The notes under the pieces are model-generated. The model did not search any database. It was not told the DNA's origin and was given only the letters and a program-made list of their open reading frames with translations. Positions 13,613-26,945 of a DNA stretch of 64,000 nucleotides are shown here, one piece after another. The position numbers were made by a program, and so were the translations under genes. The DNA lies in NCBI GenBank assembly GCA_000002445.1, contig CP000070.1, positions 480,001-544,000 on the forward strand, read 5' to 3'. The stretch's first letter is position 1. Each line of letters begins with the position of its first letter. The DNA is from Trypanosoma brucei (taxonomy: Eukaryota).

Positions 13613-15688
13613 CTACTCATGACCTCGTTTCCGTGTGAATGCTGGTGCATCTCGATATTTTCTCTCTTCATGATACGCTATTATAAGCTCTTTCTGTATC
13701 TTGTTATCAAATGTTATTTGATACTGGTCAATACCATCCCAAAATACTTGTGTTTCCTCAGTTTGTTGCTCAGCATCAGCGGTGTTGTTGTTCACACATC
13801 GTTGCCGCGTCTTAATCACACCACCATAAATAGCATTAACATATATCATCTCCCATGCCATGTTACGAGAAAAGGTATCCCAATCGGAAAAATACCTTGC
13901 AATGTTTGTCATAAATTCCTGTAACTCTGAAACACTTGCTTCTTTCCTGTAATTATCTGTTATTTGAATAAGCACAATAGTCTTTGAGGCAACTCCCAGT
14001 TGTGGAAAACCATCCCTCATATCCGCAACCCTTCTAGAGCAATCTTCCACAAAGAAAAAGCCATCCACAAAAAGCTTACTCTCCTCCAATGACCTGTAGA
14101 GCACCTTGTATTTACAGTTTCCAATTGCATTCTGTCCAGTTTTTGGTAAGAACTTTTGTTCAAAAATTTGAAACTGTTGTGGGGTCATATCTTTCAGGAT
14201 GCTACGCTTGTCTTCCGTCTCTCCGAGTCTTCGGAGGTAGTTCAAATGTTTTGTGACCACACAAAAGACTCTAGGAAAGAGAAGTGAAACCAAAGCCCTT
14301 GTTTCAAGCGAGTAGGCTCCGACCTTACCGTATACGCTTTCACTATGTTTCTCAACCATCAGTGTTGCAACAGTTGAAAACAGCGTACAGAGTATCATAT
14401 TCCCAATGGCAACTGATAGAGGTCTACAGTGGTATGATTCGAGGTCGTCATATCTGCCCCCCTCCCGTACAATCTTCACTAAACTGTGAACCACTTTTTC
14501 ACTTTTCCACGTAAAATATTTTTCCAGAATCGTTTCATACTCTTCTTTCTTCTCATTTTCTAGGCTTCTTAGGTAATCACTGATATCCTGCAGCCGGTTG
14601 GTGTAACTTTGCTTGCTGAAAACATAACGAGGCAGCGGCCCCACAACGTCAACACGTCTCTCCACTAACCTCCACTCATCCTCTAGCTCTTCCTTAACCT
14701 TCGCACGAGCATTTTCATCGAGAGTCGTATAGTTGGGAAATAGGGACAGTTTCTTCCAGGCCACAAACGCCTTAATGTCACGTACGTCATCGCAGTTTAA
14801 AATCACATTCCAACTGAAATAGTCCTTCTCCCAATGTTTATAATAGTATGTATCCGGAGTGTTGAGTGTAGTTATTCCCCACCCAAGATATTGGGTCTCA
14901 TAAGGCGGAGTCTCATCAGGTCCATCAGTATCAAAAATAATATGCCCTCTTTTTTTCAAACGCATTTCTTTAATAACATTAGTGACGTCTTTTCTCTTGT
15001 ACAATACAACCCTCCCTTCCTCATTCCCCTTCTTGTTGTATATAAGGTAGGCGTCCACATCCGTGAAATACACAACGACATCAAGCATTCCTTCATGGAA
15101 GTGAAGTAGGGAATGAAGTAAAAATGATCCAACTCCACATGATTTTCCAGTCCCTGGAATACCAATGACAATGTGTGTTGGTGGTGTGCTCTCTGTCTTT
15201 TGCACCCACCATGCATTTAATTTTCGTTGTATTATATACCACACACGCATCATTTCACGACGGATGTAGACATTATTGTCCATTATACCACTTTCATCAT
15301 TGATACCTAATTGAAACGTAGCTGATGGCCAACCCATCTTTGATGTAAGGACAAAGATCTCCAGGCCAGTGGGTCTCTCCTCAAGTTCCGCATCAACTTC
15401 ACAATGTTCAGGAGTTATATCCACTTCTTCTTCCGTCCATATGTGTTGTGGTCTTCCAAAGAATACCTTCATACCGAGTGGCTCTTGATTATAACCTGAC
15501 ATCACATAACTCCACTTCGCATAATACAGAGACTCATATAACTCCTCTTCACGAGATTTCCTTTTTCCAGTTACCGATGGATTCTGCATCTGTCGTCCAC
15601 CTCGTTCCTGCACTTCACCTTGTGCACGATTAAACCGTTCGTTAAACACATTCTGAGTATTTCCCATATTGCCGTTGTTTTGAATCAT
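13613..15688 (-). CDS. Multicopy P-loop NTPase-like protein, copy 3 (691 aa, cassette type B). Candidate RHS family.
   Basis: Intact ORF with ATG at 15686-15688. Walker A variant IVIGIPGTGKSCG. Three internal segments are replaced relative to copy 1. Confidence 0.8.
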   Translation of the reverse strand: MIQNNGNMGNTQNVFNERFNRAQGEVQERGGRQMQNPSVTGKRKSREEELYESLYYAKWSYVMSGYNQEPLGMKVFFGRPQHIWTEEEVDITPEHCEVDAELEERPTGLEIFVLTSKMGWPSATFQLGINDESGIMDNNVYIRREMMRVWYIIQRKLNAWWVQKTESTPPTHIVIGIPGTGKSCGVGSFLLHSLLHFHEGMLDVVVYFTDVDAYLIYNKKGNEEGRVVLYKRKDVTNVIKEMRLKKRGHIIFDTDGPDETPPYETQYLGWGITTLNTPDTYYYKHWEKDYFSWNVILNCDDVRDIKAFVAWKKLSLFPNYTTLDENARAKVKEELEDEWRLVERRVDVVGPLPRYVFSKQSYTNRLQDISDYLRSLENEKKEEYETILEKYFTWKSEKVVHSLVKIVREGGRYDDLESYHCRPLSVAIGNMILCTLFSTVATLMVEKHSESVYGKVGAYSLETRALVSLLFPRVFCVVTKHLNYLRRLGETEDKRSILKDMTPQQFQIFEQKFLPKTGQNAIGNCKYKVLYRSLEESKLFVDGFFFVEDCSRRVADMRDGFPQLGVASKTIVLIQITDNYRKEASVSELQEFMTNIARYFSDWDTFSRNMAWEMIYVNAIYGGVIKTRQRCVNNNTADAEQQTEETQVFWDGIDQYQITFDNKIQKELIIAYHEERKYRDAPAFTRKRGHE

Positions 15689-15744
15689 TCCTATCTCAAA
15701 ATAATAACTTTAAATAGGTAATATTGTGTTACTTTCTGCACATA

Positions 15745-15746
15745 TG

Positions 15747-15781
<35 letters not shown>

Positions 15782-15783
15782 GT
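15745..15783. repeat. (GT)n tract of about 39 bp upstream of copy 3.
   Basis: Same position in the unit as the other (GT)n tracts. Interrupted by tt. Confidence 0.9.
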
Positions 15784-18242
15784 TAAATCAAATAGTAAAA
15801 TGAAGGGAATGATGTGTACACACTATCAAGCAACACATATATACAGTTCATGAATATCATAAACTAACAGAACAAATTATAACCTCTCCTTACAGTTAAA
15901 CCCCTTAACAACCCCTTGCATATATTGAATAGTGATGTTCAATCAATTAAATATTCTGTATGAAAGCATGAGTAATAAGATTTTTAGATATGAGAGATAA
16001 CAAACACGAAATCCTAAGTGAAGAATACTACTATTTCATATAATATAATATGTATGCATATAGTATAATATGTCATACTTTTTGAAATAATAAACAATAG
16101 TATTAATAATGAGATAAACAGAATTTACAATAATAGATTATGCATTGCACACGTAATAATGAGGACAACGTATGTCACAAAGGTTCTTAATTATAACATC
16201 GAAAGAACATTAACTCAAAGCATCAGCAAACATGCACATAAAAACTGTTATTCATTATAACATCTGGCTCCATCCCACAACATAGACGACAATGTTTGAG
16301 TGTAAACCGTAACATACAAAACCTAACACAAATATCTTCTGTACTGTCAAATATTGGGATGGTATCTCATCCCATTATTAAACACTTTCAACATTATCTT
16401 GTTGTCTCCTTGTTTGGGAACTCTCATCTTTGACACTAAGGAATATGTGAAGATATTAAGATCATTTATTTTTTTATTTCCTAGTTGCATTTGCAATTGT
16501 TCACATATTCTTTCAGTACACGCAAAAAAATTGAAAGTTTAAGGAAAATTGAATTATGAGAATAAGGAAACAAAGGATAAATTTTCTGTGAACAATAAAA
16601 TATTATATAATATCTCAAATCTTCTGCAGTGATTCACCACATGTGGAAAATATATGCAATAGTTACATAACACTGACAACACTGAATAAAGGAATATATT
16701 CAATATACTCAATATAGTCAATATATTTAATGCAAATATTACATGGAATATAAGAAGTGTAAGGAATCAAAGAAATATAAAAAATAAAATGTAATGGAGA
16801 ATGATGGAAACTTAAGATACATCTATGTGAGCATAGCGTTGTGTGAGTAGAAATCATGTGCATATTTTATCTTAATCTTTCCCTATATTGTACTCACTCA
16901 CTCGTAAAATTTAATCATGGAAATAAAGTTTAGGGAATAGTAAAGTTGTTCTCCCACTCGCATCAAGACACAAATACATGCTTTCTGTCATTGGAAATCA
17001 TGTGTCTTTACTAAATTGTAGTATCCAATAATGAAAAAGAAGTACTCTATTACTATATCACTCATCATTTCCTACATCCCTAAATATATCGCATATTGTC
17101 ACTATACATATTCTTTTTCTTTTTCATATACCATACAACAATCATATATTATTTACTTCCTTTCTTTAAACTGATGTCGTAATGTTCCTTTTGGAAGATA
17201 CAAATAAATAATTGTACAAATATTAACACAAGAGTAATAATAGAAGAAAAGAATTACCTTAAGGAAACTACATGGAACTTCCATTATATAAGATACTACA
17301 CTTCATATAAGGGGGAAATACGTAACAGTGGTTGTATCTTTTATTTGTCCTCAGTGTATCGGCAATCCTTCAGTAGACACTGCTTTGCAACTGATTTCTT
17401 TTATGGATTAAGTTAGTCAGCAGTGTTGAGACAGGTTCCCCCGCATGAGGAGTGAAGGGACAAAACAATATTCCTACCTTCTAACCTATTGAACAAGAAT
17501 GTCTCAAACAATATCATTTGTCCCTATTTATTTCTGCAGATGCAAATGCTATTGATGGGTGAGATACATCTAAACAGCAACGGATATAACTATATTCATA
17601 CAGTGTTTCTTTGATTTCTTCTCGTCACCACAGTTGTGTTGGGTTACAAATATATACACAGCACTCCACTTTGTGGCTATAAGTCTCTTTAATATTTGAA
17701 TGAAATCCTGCTTATCGCTACTACAATATTTCACACTCTGTGAGGGACACTGATATTTGCTTCTTTCGTCCATTTCATATTTTGATAGTTATGTAAATAT
17801 CTTATGTGCAATCCATCTTCTTTCCAAAATAAATAAAAAGAAAGATAAAAGCATAAGCAATTATCGACATAAAAACTGGAATGAGTCTCTCGGTTACACG
17901 TCGCACGCTTCTAACATATAGACACGCTGCATGTAACCTATTTTTGTTGTTTCATGCATGTGTCAGTATGATAAAATGAAAATAGTCTCATGTTTCTCCT
18001 TTTGCTTTTGTATTGCATAAACTACTGGACTCGTCATCTCTTCCACCTATTCATCACACAGGAGTTATTCACTTGCTTTACATGTATCATATAGTAAAAA
18101 TACAAAATATCAAATTATTAAATTAATACTTCACTATAAGCAATAAAGCTTACTTGATTTTGTTTATTTCATTTATATCTGAGTTGAATTACATATTTTA
18201 ATTGAAATTATTCCACTACTCAAAGATACAAACACTTTATTG

Positions 18243-18277
<35 letters not shown>

Positions 18278-19214
18278 ATGGTTTTGAGACACACCACATA
18301 TCAGTTCTTCAACATTACATATGTGTAAATCCATATTTACAAAAGGTACAGCTTTTGAATATCTGCATAATTATTTGAAGTATTATTATCTAATGAAATG
18401 AACAGTAGATGTCACTGAAATGCAAATAGTAATAATCCTCTGAAAGGCATAAATACTGTTTCATACAATACTCTAAAGTACTGCAGCGCTGTGCCATGAA
18501 TACTTCCACAGAATATACAACAACTAATGTGCGATAGTTAGTCATAATGATGCCTTCCATGTGATGAACTCTGCAATACAAATCATACGTTGAACAGAAA
18601 CTAAAACATTAAATACTAAATATAAATGCATGGGGGAGTGATGTAAACTATAAGAGGGGTTATGTACGTCAAGGAAGTTTCATTAGAATACAATAATAGT
18701 TTTGAATTTTATTAAACAACTTAAAGCTTAACCACATGTGTGGAAACAACAATCACTTCACTATAGCATTTGTAGATTAGTGATTGTTACTGAAATAAAT
18801 GAAAAAAACAAATGAAGTAAATACAGCAAGCACTGCATCCCATATTCTGTATTCATCACTGTGTGCTGACGCGTTTGAGTAGCTTTGCCCATTGACAGAA
18901 AAAAAAATAATAAATAAATGAAATCTCTTCTTGCATCTTGTACAAGTGTATTTCAACAAAACAAAGACGTAAAAGAAATTTTATGCTTAATATATTTACT
19001 CATTTATTTGAAGGAAAGGTACAATAGCCAAAAACTATAAAGGTGCATGTGAGTTATACTTCATTGTCAGATAAAGTTAACTTCACAACCCTCCTGAAAC
19101 ACAAAAGGAAAATTAAAAGAATTACAATGAAGAAACAGAAGGAATACAATATGTTTTTTCCAACCTCTAACATGTTATATGTAAAAGTGACGAAATGGTC
19201 TTCACAATAGGATG

Positions 19215-21287
19215 CTACTCATGACCTCGTTTCCGTGTGAATGCTGGTGCATCTCGATATTTTCTCTCTTCATGATACGCTATTATAAGCTCTTTCTGTA
19301 TCTTGTTATCAAATGTTATTTGATACTGGTCAATACCATCCCAAAATACTTGTGTTTCCTCAGTTTGTTGCTCAGCATCAGCGGTGTTGTTGTTCACACA
19401 TCGTTGCCGCGTCTTAATCACACCACCATAAATAGCATTAACATATATCATCTCCCATGCCATGTTACGAGAAAAGGTATCCCAATCGGAAAAATACCTT
19501 GCAATGTTTGTCATAAATTCCTGTAACTCTGAAACACTTGCTTCTTTCCTGTAATTATCTGTTATTTGAATAAGCACAATAGTCTTTGAGGCAACTCCCA
19601 GTTGTCGAAAACCATCCCGCATATCCGCAACCCTTCTAGAGCAATCTTCCACAAAGAAAAAGCCATCCACAAAAAGCTTACTCTCTTCAAATGACCTGTA
19701 GAGCACCTTGTATTTACAGTTTCCAATTGCATTCTGTCCAGTTTTTGGTAAGAACTTTTGTTCAAAAATTTGAAACTGTTGTGGGGTCATATCTTTCAGG
19801 ATGCTACGCTTGTCTTCCGTCTCTCCGAGTCTTCGGAGGTAGTTCAAATGTTTTGTGACCACACAAAAGACTCTAGGAAAGAGAAGTGAAACCAAAGCCC
19901 TTGTTTCAAGCGAGTAGGCTCCGACCTTACCGTATACGCTTTCACTATGTTTCTCAACCATCAGTGTTGCAACAGTTGAAAACAGCGTACAGAGTATCAT
20001 ATTCCCAATGGCAACTGATAGAGGTCTACAGTGGTATGATTCGAGGTTGCCATATCCGCTCCCCTCCCGTACAATCTTCACTAAACTGTGAACCACTTTT
20101 TCACTTTTCCACGTAAAATATTTTTCCAGAATCGTTTCATACTCTTCTTTCTTCTCATTTTCTAGGCTTCTTAGGTAATCACTGATATCCTGCAGCCGGT
20201 TGGTGTAACTTTGCTTGCTGAAAACATAACGAGGCAGCGGCCCCACAACGTCAACACGTCTCTCCACTAACCTCCACTCATCCTCTAGCTCTTCCTTAAC
20301 CTTCGCACGAGCATTTTCATCGAGAGTCGTATAGTTGGGAAATAGGGACAGTTTCTTCCAGGCCACAAACGCCTTAATGTCACGTACGTCATCGCAGTTT
20401 AAAATCACATTCCAACTTAAATAGTCCTTCTCCCAATGTTCATAATAGTGTGTATCCGGAGTGTTGAGTGTAGTTATTCCCCACCCAAGATATTGGGTCT
20501 CATAAGGCGGAGTCTCATCAGGTCCATCAGTATCAAAAATAATATGCCCTCTTTTTTTAAAACGCATTTCTTCAATAACATTAGTGACGTCTTTTCTCTT
20601 GTACAATACAACCCTCCCTTCCTCATTCCCCTTCTTGTTGTATATAAGGTAAGCTTTGGCATCCGTGAAATACACAACGACATCAAGCATTCCTTCATGG
20701 AAGTGAAGTAGGGAATGAAGTAAAAATGATCCAACTCCACATGATTTTCCAGTCCCTGGAATACCAATGACAATGTGTGTTGGTGGTCTCTCTGTCTTTT
20801 GCACCCACCATGCATTTAATTTTTGTTGTATTATATACCACACACGCATCATTTCACGACGGATGTAGACATTATTGTCCATTATACCACTTTCATCATT
20901 GATACCTAATTGAAACGTAGCTGATGGCCAACCCATCTTTGATGTAAGGACAAAGATCTCCAGGCCAGTGGGTCTCTCCTCAAGTTCCGCATCAACTTCA
21001 CAATGTTCAGGAGTTATATCAACTTCTTCTTCCGTCCATATGTGTTGTGGTCTTCCAAAGAATACCTTCATACCGAGTGGCTCTTGATTATAACCTGACA
21101 TCACATAACTCCACTTCGCATAATACAGAGACTCATATAACTCCTCTTCACGAGATTTCCTTTTTCCAGTTACCGATGGATTCTGCATCTGTCGTCCACC
21201 TCGTTCCTGCACTTCACCTTGTGCACGATTAAACCGTTCGTTAAACACATTCTGAGTATTTCTCATATTGCCGTTGTTTTGAATCAT
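19215..21287 (-). CDS. Multicopy P-loop NTPase-like protein, copy 4 (690 aa, type B).
   Basis: Intact ORF with ATG at 21285-21287. Walker A is GIPGTGKS. Confidence 0.8.
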   Translation of the reverse strand: MIQNNGNMRNTQNVFNERFNRAQGEVQERGGRQMQNPSVTGKRKSREEELYESLYYAKWSYVMSGYNQEPLGMKVFFGRPQHIWTEEEVDITPEHCEVDAELEERPTGLEIFVLTSKMGWPSATFQLGINDESGIMDNNVYIRREMMRVWYIIQQKLNAWWVQKTERPPTHIVIGIPGTGKSCGVGSFLLHSLLHFHEGMLDVVVYFTDAKAYLIYNKKGNEEGRVVLYKRKDVTNVIEEMRFKKRGHIIFDTDGPDETPPYETQYLGWGITTLNTPDTHYYEHWEKDYLSWNVILNCDDVRDIKAFVAWKKLSLFPNYTTLDENARAKVKEELEDEWRLVERRVDVVGPLPRYVFSKQSYTNRLQDISDYLRSLENEKKEEYETILEKYFTWKSEKVVHSLVKIVREGSGYGNLESYHCRPLSVAIGNMILCTLFSTVATLMVEKHSESVYGKVGAYSLETRALVSLLFPRVFCVVTKHLNYLRRLGETEDKRSILKDMTPQQFQIFEQKFLPKTGQNAIGNCKYKVLYRSFEESKLFVDGFFFVEDCSRRVADMRDGFRQLGVASKTIVLIQITDNYRKEASVSELQEFMTNIARYFSDWDTFSRNMAWEMIYVNAIYGGVIKTRQRCVNNNTADAEQQTEETQVFWDGIDQYQITFDNKIQKELIIAYHEERKYRDAPAFTRKRGHE

Positions 21288-21344
21288 TCCTATCTCAAAA
21301 TAATAACTTTAAATAGGTAATATTGTGTTACTTTCTGAACATAT

Positions 21345-21368
21345 GTGTGTGTGTGTTTGTGTGTGTGT
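21345..21368. repeat. (GT)n tract of about 24 bp upstream of copy 4.
   Basis: Same position in the unit. Confidence 0.9.
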
Positions 21369-23821
21369 TAAATCAAATAGTAAAATGAAGGGAATGATGT
21401 GTACACACTATCAAGCAACACATATATACAGTTCATGAATATAATAAACTAACAGAACAAATTATAACCTCTCCTTACAGTTAAACCCCTTAACAACCCC
21501 TTGCATATATTGAATAGTGATGTTCAATCAATTAAATATTCTGTATGAAAGCATGAGTAATAAGATTTTTAGATATGAGAGATAACAAACACGAAATCCT
21601 AAGTGAAGAATACTACTATTTCATATAATATAATATGTATGCATATAGTATAATATGTCATACTTTTTAAAATAATAAACAATAGTATTAATAATGAGAT
21701 AAACAGAATTTACAATAATAGATTATACATTGCACACGTAATAATGAGGACAACGTATGTCACAAAGGTTCTTAATTATAACATCGAAAGAACATTAACT
21801 CAAAGCATCAGCATATATGCACATACAAACTGTTATTCATTATAACATCTTGGCTCCATCTCACAGCATAGACGACAATGTTTGAGTGTAAACCGTAACA
21901 TACAAAACCCAACACAAATATCTTCTGTACTGTTAAATATTGGGATGGTATCTCATCTCATTATTAAACACTTTCAACATTATCTTGTTGTCTCCTTGTT
22001 TGGGAACTCTCATCTGTGACACTAAGGAATATGTGAAGATATTAAGATCATTTATTTATTTATTTCCTAGTTGCATTTGCAATTGTTCACGTATTCTTTC
22101 AGTACACGCAAAAAAATTGAAAGTTTAAGGAAAATTGAATTATGAGAATAAGGAAACAAAGGATAAATTTTCTGTGAACAATAAAATATTATATAATATC
22201 TCAAATCTTCTGCAGTGATTCACCACATGTGGAAAATATATGCAATAGTTACATAACACTGACAACACTGAATAAAGGAATATATTCAATATACTCAATA
22301 TACTCAATATATTTAATGCAAATATTACATGGAATATAAGAAGTGTAAGGAATCAAAGGAATATAAAAAATAAAATGTAATGGAGAATGATGGAAACTTA
22401 AGATACATCTATGTGAGCATAGCGTTGTGTGAGTAGAAATCATGTGCATATTTTATCTTAATTTTTCCCTATATTGTACTCACTCACTCGTAAAATTTAA
22501 TCATGGAAATAAAGTTTAGGGAATAGTAAAGTTGTTCTTCCACTCGCATCAAGACACAAATACCTGCTTTCTGTCATTGGAAATCACGTGTCTTTACTAA
22601 ATTGTAGTATCCAATAATGAAGTACTCTATTACTATATCACTCATCATTTCCTACATCCCTAAATATATCGCATATTGCCACTATACATATTCTTTTTCT
22701 TTTTCATATACCATACAACAATCATATATTATTTACTTCCTTTCTTTAAACTGATGTCGTAATGTTCCTTTTGGAAGATACAAATAAATAATTGTACAAA
22801 TATTAACACAAGAGTAATAATAGAAGAAAAGAATTACCTTAAGGAAACTACATGGAACTTCCATTATATAAGATACTGCACTTCATATAAGGGGGAAATA
22901 CGTAACAGTGGTTGTATCTTTTATTTGTCCTCAGTGTATCGGCAATCCTTCAGTAGACACTGCTTTGCAACTGATTTCTTTTATGGATTAAGTTAGTCAG
23001 CAGTGTTGAGACAGGTTCCCCCGCATGAGGAGTGAAGGGACAAAACAATATTCCTACCTTCTAACCTATTGAACAAGAATGTCTCAAACAATATCATTTG
23101 TCCCTATTTATTTCTGCAGATGCAAATGCTATTGATGGGTGAGATACATCTAAACAGCAACGGATATAACTATATTCATACAGTGTTTCTTTGATTTCTT
23201 CTCGTCACCACAGTTGTGTTGGGTTACAAATATATACACAGCACTCCACTTTGTGGCTATAAGTCTCTTTAATATTTGAATGAAATCCTGCTTATCGCTA
23301 CTACAATATTTCACACTCTGTGAGGGACACTGATATTTGCTTCTTTCGTCCATTTCATATTTTGATAGTTATGTAAATATCTTATGTGCAATCCATCTCC
23401 TTTCCAAAATAAATAAAAAGAAAGATAAAAGCATAAGCAATTATCGACATAAAAACTGGAATGAGTCTCTCGGTTACACGTCGCACGCTTCTAACATATA
23501 GACACGCTGCATGTAACCTATTTTTGTTGTTTCATGCATGTGTCAGTATGATAAAATGAAAATAGTCTCATGTTTCTCCTTGTGCTTTTGTATTGCATAA
23601 ACTACTGGACTCGTCATCTCTTCCACCTATTCATCACACAGGAGTTATTCACTTGCTTTACATATAGCATATAGTAAAAATACAAAATATCAAATTATTA
23701 AATTAATACTTCACTATAAGCAATAAAGCTTACTTGATTTTGTTTATTTCATTTATATCTGAGTTGAATTACATATGTTAATGAAATTATTCCACTACTC
23801 AAAGATACAAACACTTTATTG

Positions 23822-23858
<37 letters not shown>

Positions 23859-24808
23859 ATGGTTTTGAGACACACCACATATCAGTTCTTCAACATTACA
23901 TATGTGTAAATCCATATTTACAAAAGGTACAGCTTTTGAATATCTGCATAATTATTTGAAGTATTATTATCTAATGAAGTGAACAGTAGATGTCACTAAA
24001 ATGCAAATAGTAATAATCCTCTGAAAGGCATAAATACTGTTTCATACAATACTCTAAAGTAATGCAGCGCTATGCCATGAATACTTCCACAGAAGATACA
24101 ACAACTAATGTGCGATAGTTAGTCATAATGATGCCTTCCATGTGATGAACTCTGCAATACAAATCATACGTTGAACAGAAACTAAAACATTAAATACTAA
24201 ATATAAATGCATGGGGGAGTGATGTAAACTATAAGAGGGGTTATGTACGTCAAGGAAGTTTCATTAGAATACAATAATAGTTTTGAATTTTATTAAACAA
24301 CTTAAAGCTTAACCACATGTGTGGAAACAACAATCACTTCACTATAGCATTTGTAGATTAGTGATTGTTACTGAAATAAATGAAAAAAAACAAATGAAGT
24401 AAATACAGCAAGCACTGCATCCCATATTCTGTATTCATCACTGTGTGCTGACGCGTTTGAGTAGCTTTGCCCATTGACAGAAAAAAAATAATAAATAAAT
24501 GAAATCTCTTCTTGCATCTTGCACAAGTGTATTTCAACAAAACAAAGACGTAAAAGAAATTTTATGCTTAATATATTTACTCATTTATTTGAAGGAAAGG
24601 TACAATAGCCAAAAAACTATAAAGGTGCATGTGAGTTATACTTCATTGTCAGATAAAGTTAACTTCACAACCCTCCTGAAACACAAAAGGAAAATTAAAA
24701 GAATTACAATGAAGAAACAGAAGAAATACAATATGTTTTTTCCAACCTCTAACATGTTATATGTAAAAGTGACGAAATGGTCTTCACAATAGGATGCTAC
24801 TCATGACC

Positions 24809-26872
24809 TCATTTCCGTGTGAATGCTGGTGCATCTCGATATTTTCTCTCTTCATGATACGCTATTATAAGCTCTTTCTGTATCTTGTTATCAAATGTTA
24901 TTTGATACTGGTCAATACCATCCCAAAATACTTGTGTTTCCTCAGTTTGTTGCTCAGCATCAGCGGTGTTGTTGTTCACACATCGTTGCCGCGTCTTAAT
25001 CACACCACCATAAATAGCATTAACATATATCATCTCCCATGCCATGTTACGAGAAAAGGTATCCCAATCGGAAAAATACCTTGCAATGTTTGTCATAAAT
25101 TCCTGTAACTCTGAAACACTTGCTTCTTTCCTGTAATTATCTGTTATTTGAATAAGCACAATAGTCTTTGAGGCAACTCCCAGTTGTGGAAAACCATCCC
25201 TCATATCCGCAACCCTTCTAGAGCAATCTTCCACAAAGAAAAAGCCATCCACAAAAAGCTTACTCTCCTCCAATGACCTGTAGAGCACCTTGTATTTACA
25301 GTTTCCAATTGCATTCTGTCCAGTTTTTGGTAAGAACTTTTGTTCAAAAATTTGAAACTGTTGTGGGGTCATATCTTTCAGGATGCTACGCTTGTCTTCC
25401 GTCTCTCCGAGTCTTCGGAGGTAGTTCAAATGTTTTGTGACCACACAAAAGACTCTAGGAAAGAGAAGTGAAACCAAAGCCCTTGTTTCAAGCGAGTAGG
25501 CTCCGACCTTACCGTATACGCTTTCACTATGTTTCTCAACCATCAGTGTTGCAACAGTTGAAAACAGCGTACAGAGTATCATATTCCCAATGGGAACTGA
25601 TAGAGGTCTACAGTGGTATGATTCGAGGTCGTCATATCTGCCCCCCTCCCGTACAATCTTCACTAAACTGTGAACCACTTTTTCACTTTTCCACGTAAAA
25701 TATTTTTCCAGAATCGTTTCATACTCTTCTTTCTTCTCATTTTCTAGGCTTCTTAGGTAATCACTGATATCCTGCAGCCGGTTGGTGTAACTTTGCTTGC
25801 TGAAAACATAACGAGGCAGCGGCCCCACAACGTCAACACGTCTCTCCACCAACCTCCACTCATCCTCTAGCTCTTCCTTAACCTTCGCACGAGCATTTTC
25901 ATCGAGAGTCGTATAGTTGGGAAATAGGGACAGTTTCTTCCAGGCCACAAACGCCTTAATGTCACGTACGTCATCGCAGTTTAAAATCACATTCCAACTT
26001 AAATAGTCCTTCTCCCAATGTTCATAATAGTGTGTATCCGGAGTGTTGAGTGTAGTTATTCCCCACCCAAGATATTGGGTCTCATAAGGCGGAGTCTCAT
26101 CAGGTCCATCAGTATCAAAAATAATATGCCCTCTTTTTTTCAAACGCATTTCTTTAATAACATTAGTGACGTCTTTTCTCTTGTACAATACAACCCTCCC
26201 TTCCTCATTCCCCTTCTTGTTGTATATAAGGTAAGCTTTGGCATCCGTGAAATACACAACGACATCAAGCATTCCTTCATGGAAGTGAAGTAGGGAATGA
26301 AGTAAAAATGATCCAACTCCACATGATTTTCCAGTCCCTGGAATACCAATGATAATGTGTGTTGGTGGTGTGCTCTCTGTCTTTTGCACCCACCATTCTT
26401 TTAATTTTTGTTGTATTATATACCACACACGCATCATTTCACGACGGATGTAGACATTATTGTCCATTATACCACTTTCATCATTGATACCTAATTGAAA
26501 CGTAGCTGATGGCCAACCCATCTTTGATGTAAGGACAAAGATCTCCAGGCCAGTGGGTCTCTCCTCAAGTTCCGCATCAACTTCACAATGTTCAGGAGTT
26601 ATATCCACTTCTTCTTCCGTCCATATGTGTTGTGGTCTTCCAAAGAATACCTTCATACCGAGTGGCTCTTGATTATAACCTGACATCACATAACTCCACT
26701 TCGCATAATACAGAGACTCATATAACTCCTCTTCACGAGATTTCCTTTTTCCAGTTACCGATGGATTCTGCATCTGTCGTCCACCTCGTTCCTGCACTTC
26801 ACCTTGTGCACGATTAAACCGTTCGTTAAACACATTCTGAGTATTTCTCATATTGCCGTTGTTTTGAATCAT
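24809..26872 (-). CDS. Multicopy P-loop NTPase-like protein, copy 5 (687 aa, type B). The C-terminus is 4 aa shorter because CGA became TGA.
   Basis: Intact ORF with ATG at 26870-26872. It ends ...FTRK rather than ...FTRKRGHE. Confidence 0.8.
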   Translation of the reverse strand: MIQNNGNMRNTQNVFNERFNRAQGEVQERGGRQMQNPSVTGKRKSREEELYESLYYAKWSYVMSGYNQEPLGMKVFFGRPQHIWTEEEVDITPEHCEVDAELEERPTGLEIFVLTSKMGWPSATFQLGINDESGIMDNNVYIRREMMRVWYIIQQKLKEWWVQKTESTPPTHIIIGIPGTGKSCGVGSFLLHSLLHFHEGMLDVVVYFTDAKAYLIYNKKGNEEGRVVLYKRKDVTNVIKEMRLKKRGHIIFDTDGPDETPPYETQYLGWGITTLNTPDTHYYEHWEKDYLSWNVILNCDDVRDIKAFVAWKKLSLFPNYTTLDENARAKVKEELEDEWRLVERRVDVVGPLPRYVFSKQSYTNRLQDISDYLRSLENEKKEEYETILEKYFTWKSEKVVHSLVKIVREGGRYDDLESYHCRPLSVPIGNMILCTLFSTVATLMVEKHSESVYGKVGAYSLETRALVSLLFPRVFCVVTKHLNYLRRLGETEDKRSILKDMTPQQFQIFEQKFLPKTGQNAIGNCKYKVLYRSLEESKLFVDGFFFVEDCSRRVADMRDGFPQLGVASKTIVLIQITDNYRKEASVSELQEFMTNIARYFSDWDTFSRNMAWEMIYVNAIYGGVIKTRQRCVNNNTADAEQQTEETQVFWDGIDQYQITFDNKIQKELIIAYHEERKYRDAPAFTRK

Positions 26873-26930
26873 TCCTATCTCAAAATAATAACTTTAAATA
26901 GGTAATATTGTGTTACTTTCTGAACATATA

Positions 26931-26945
26931 TGTGTTTGTGTGTGT
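26931..26945. repeat. Short degenerate (GT)n tract of about 15 bp upstream of copy 5.
   Basis: Sequence tgtgtttgtgtgtgtt. The shortest allele. Confidence 0.85.

Larger units (their letters stand above)
11200..16802. repeat. Array unit 3 (5603 bp)
   Basis: Same phase marker. Confidence 0.9.
16803..22388. repeat. Array unit 4 (5586 bp)
   Basis: Same phase marker. Confidence 0.9.
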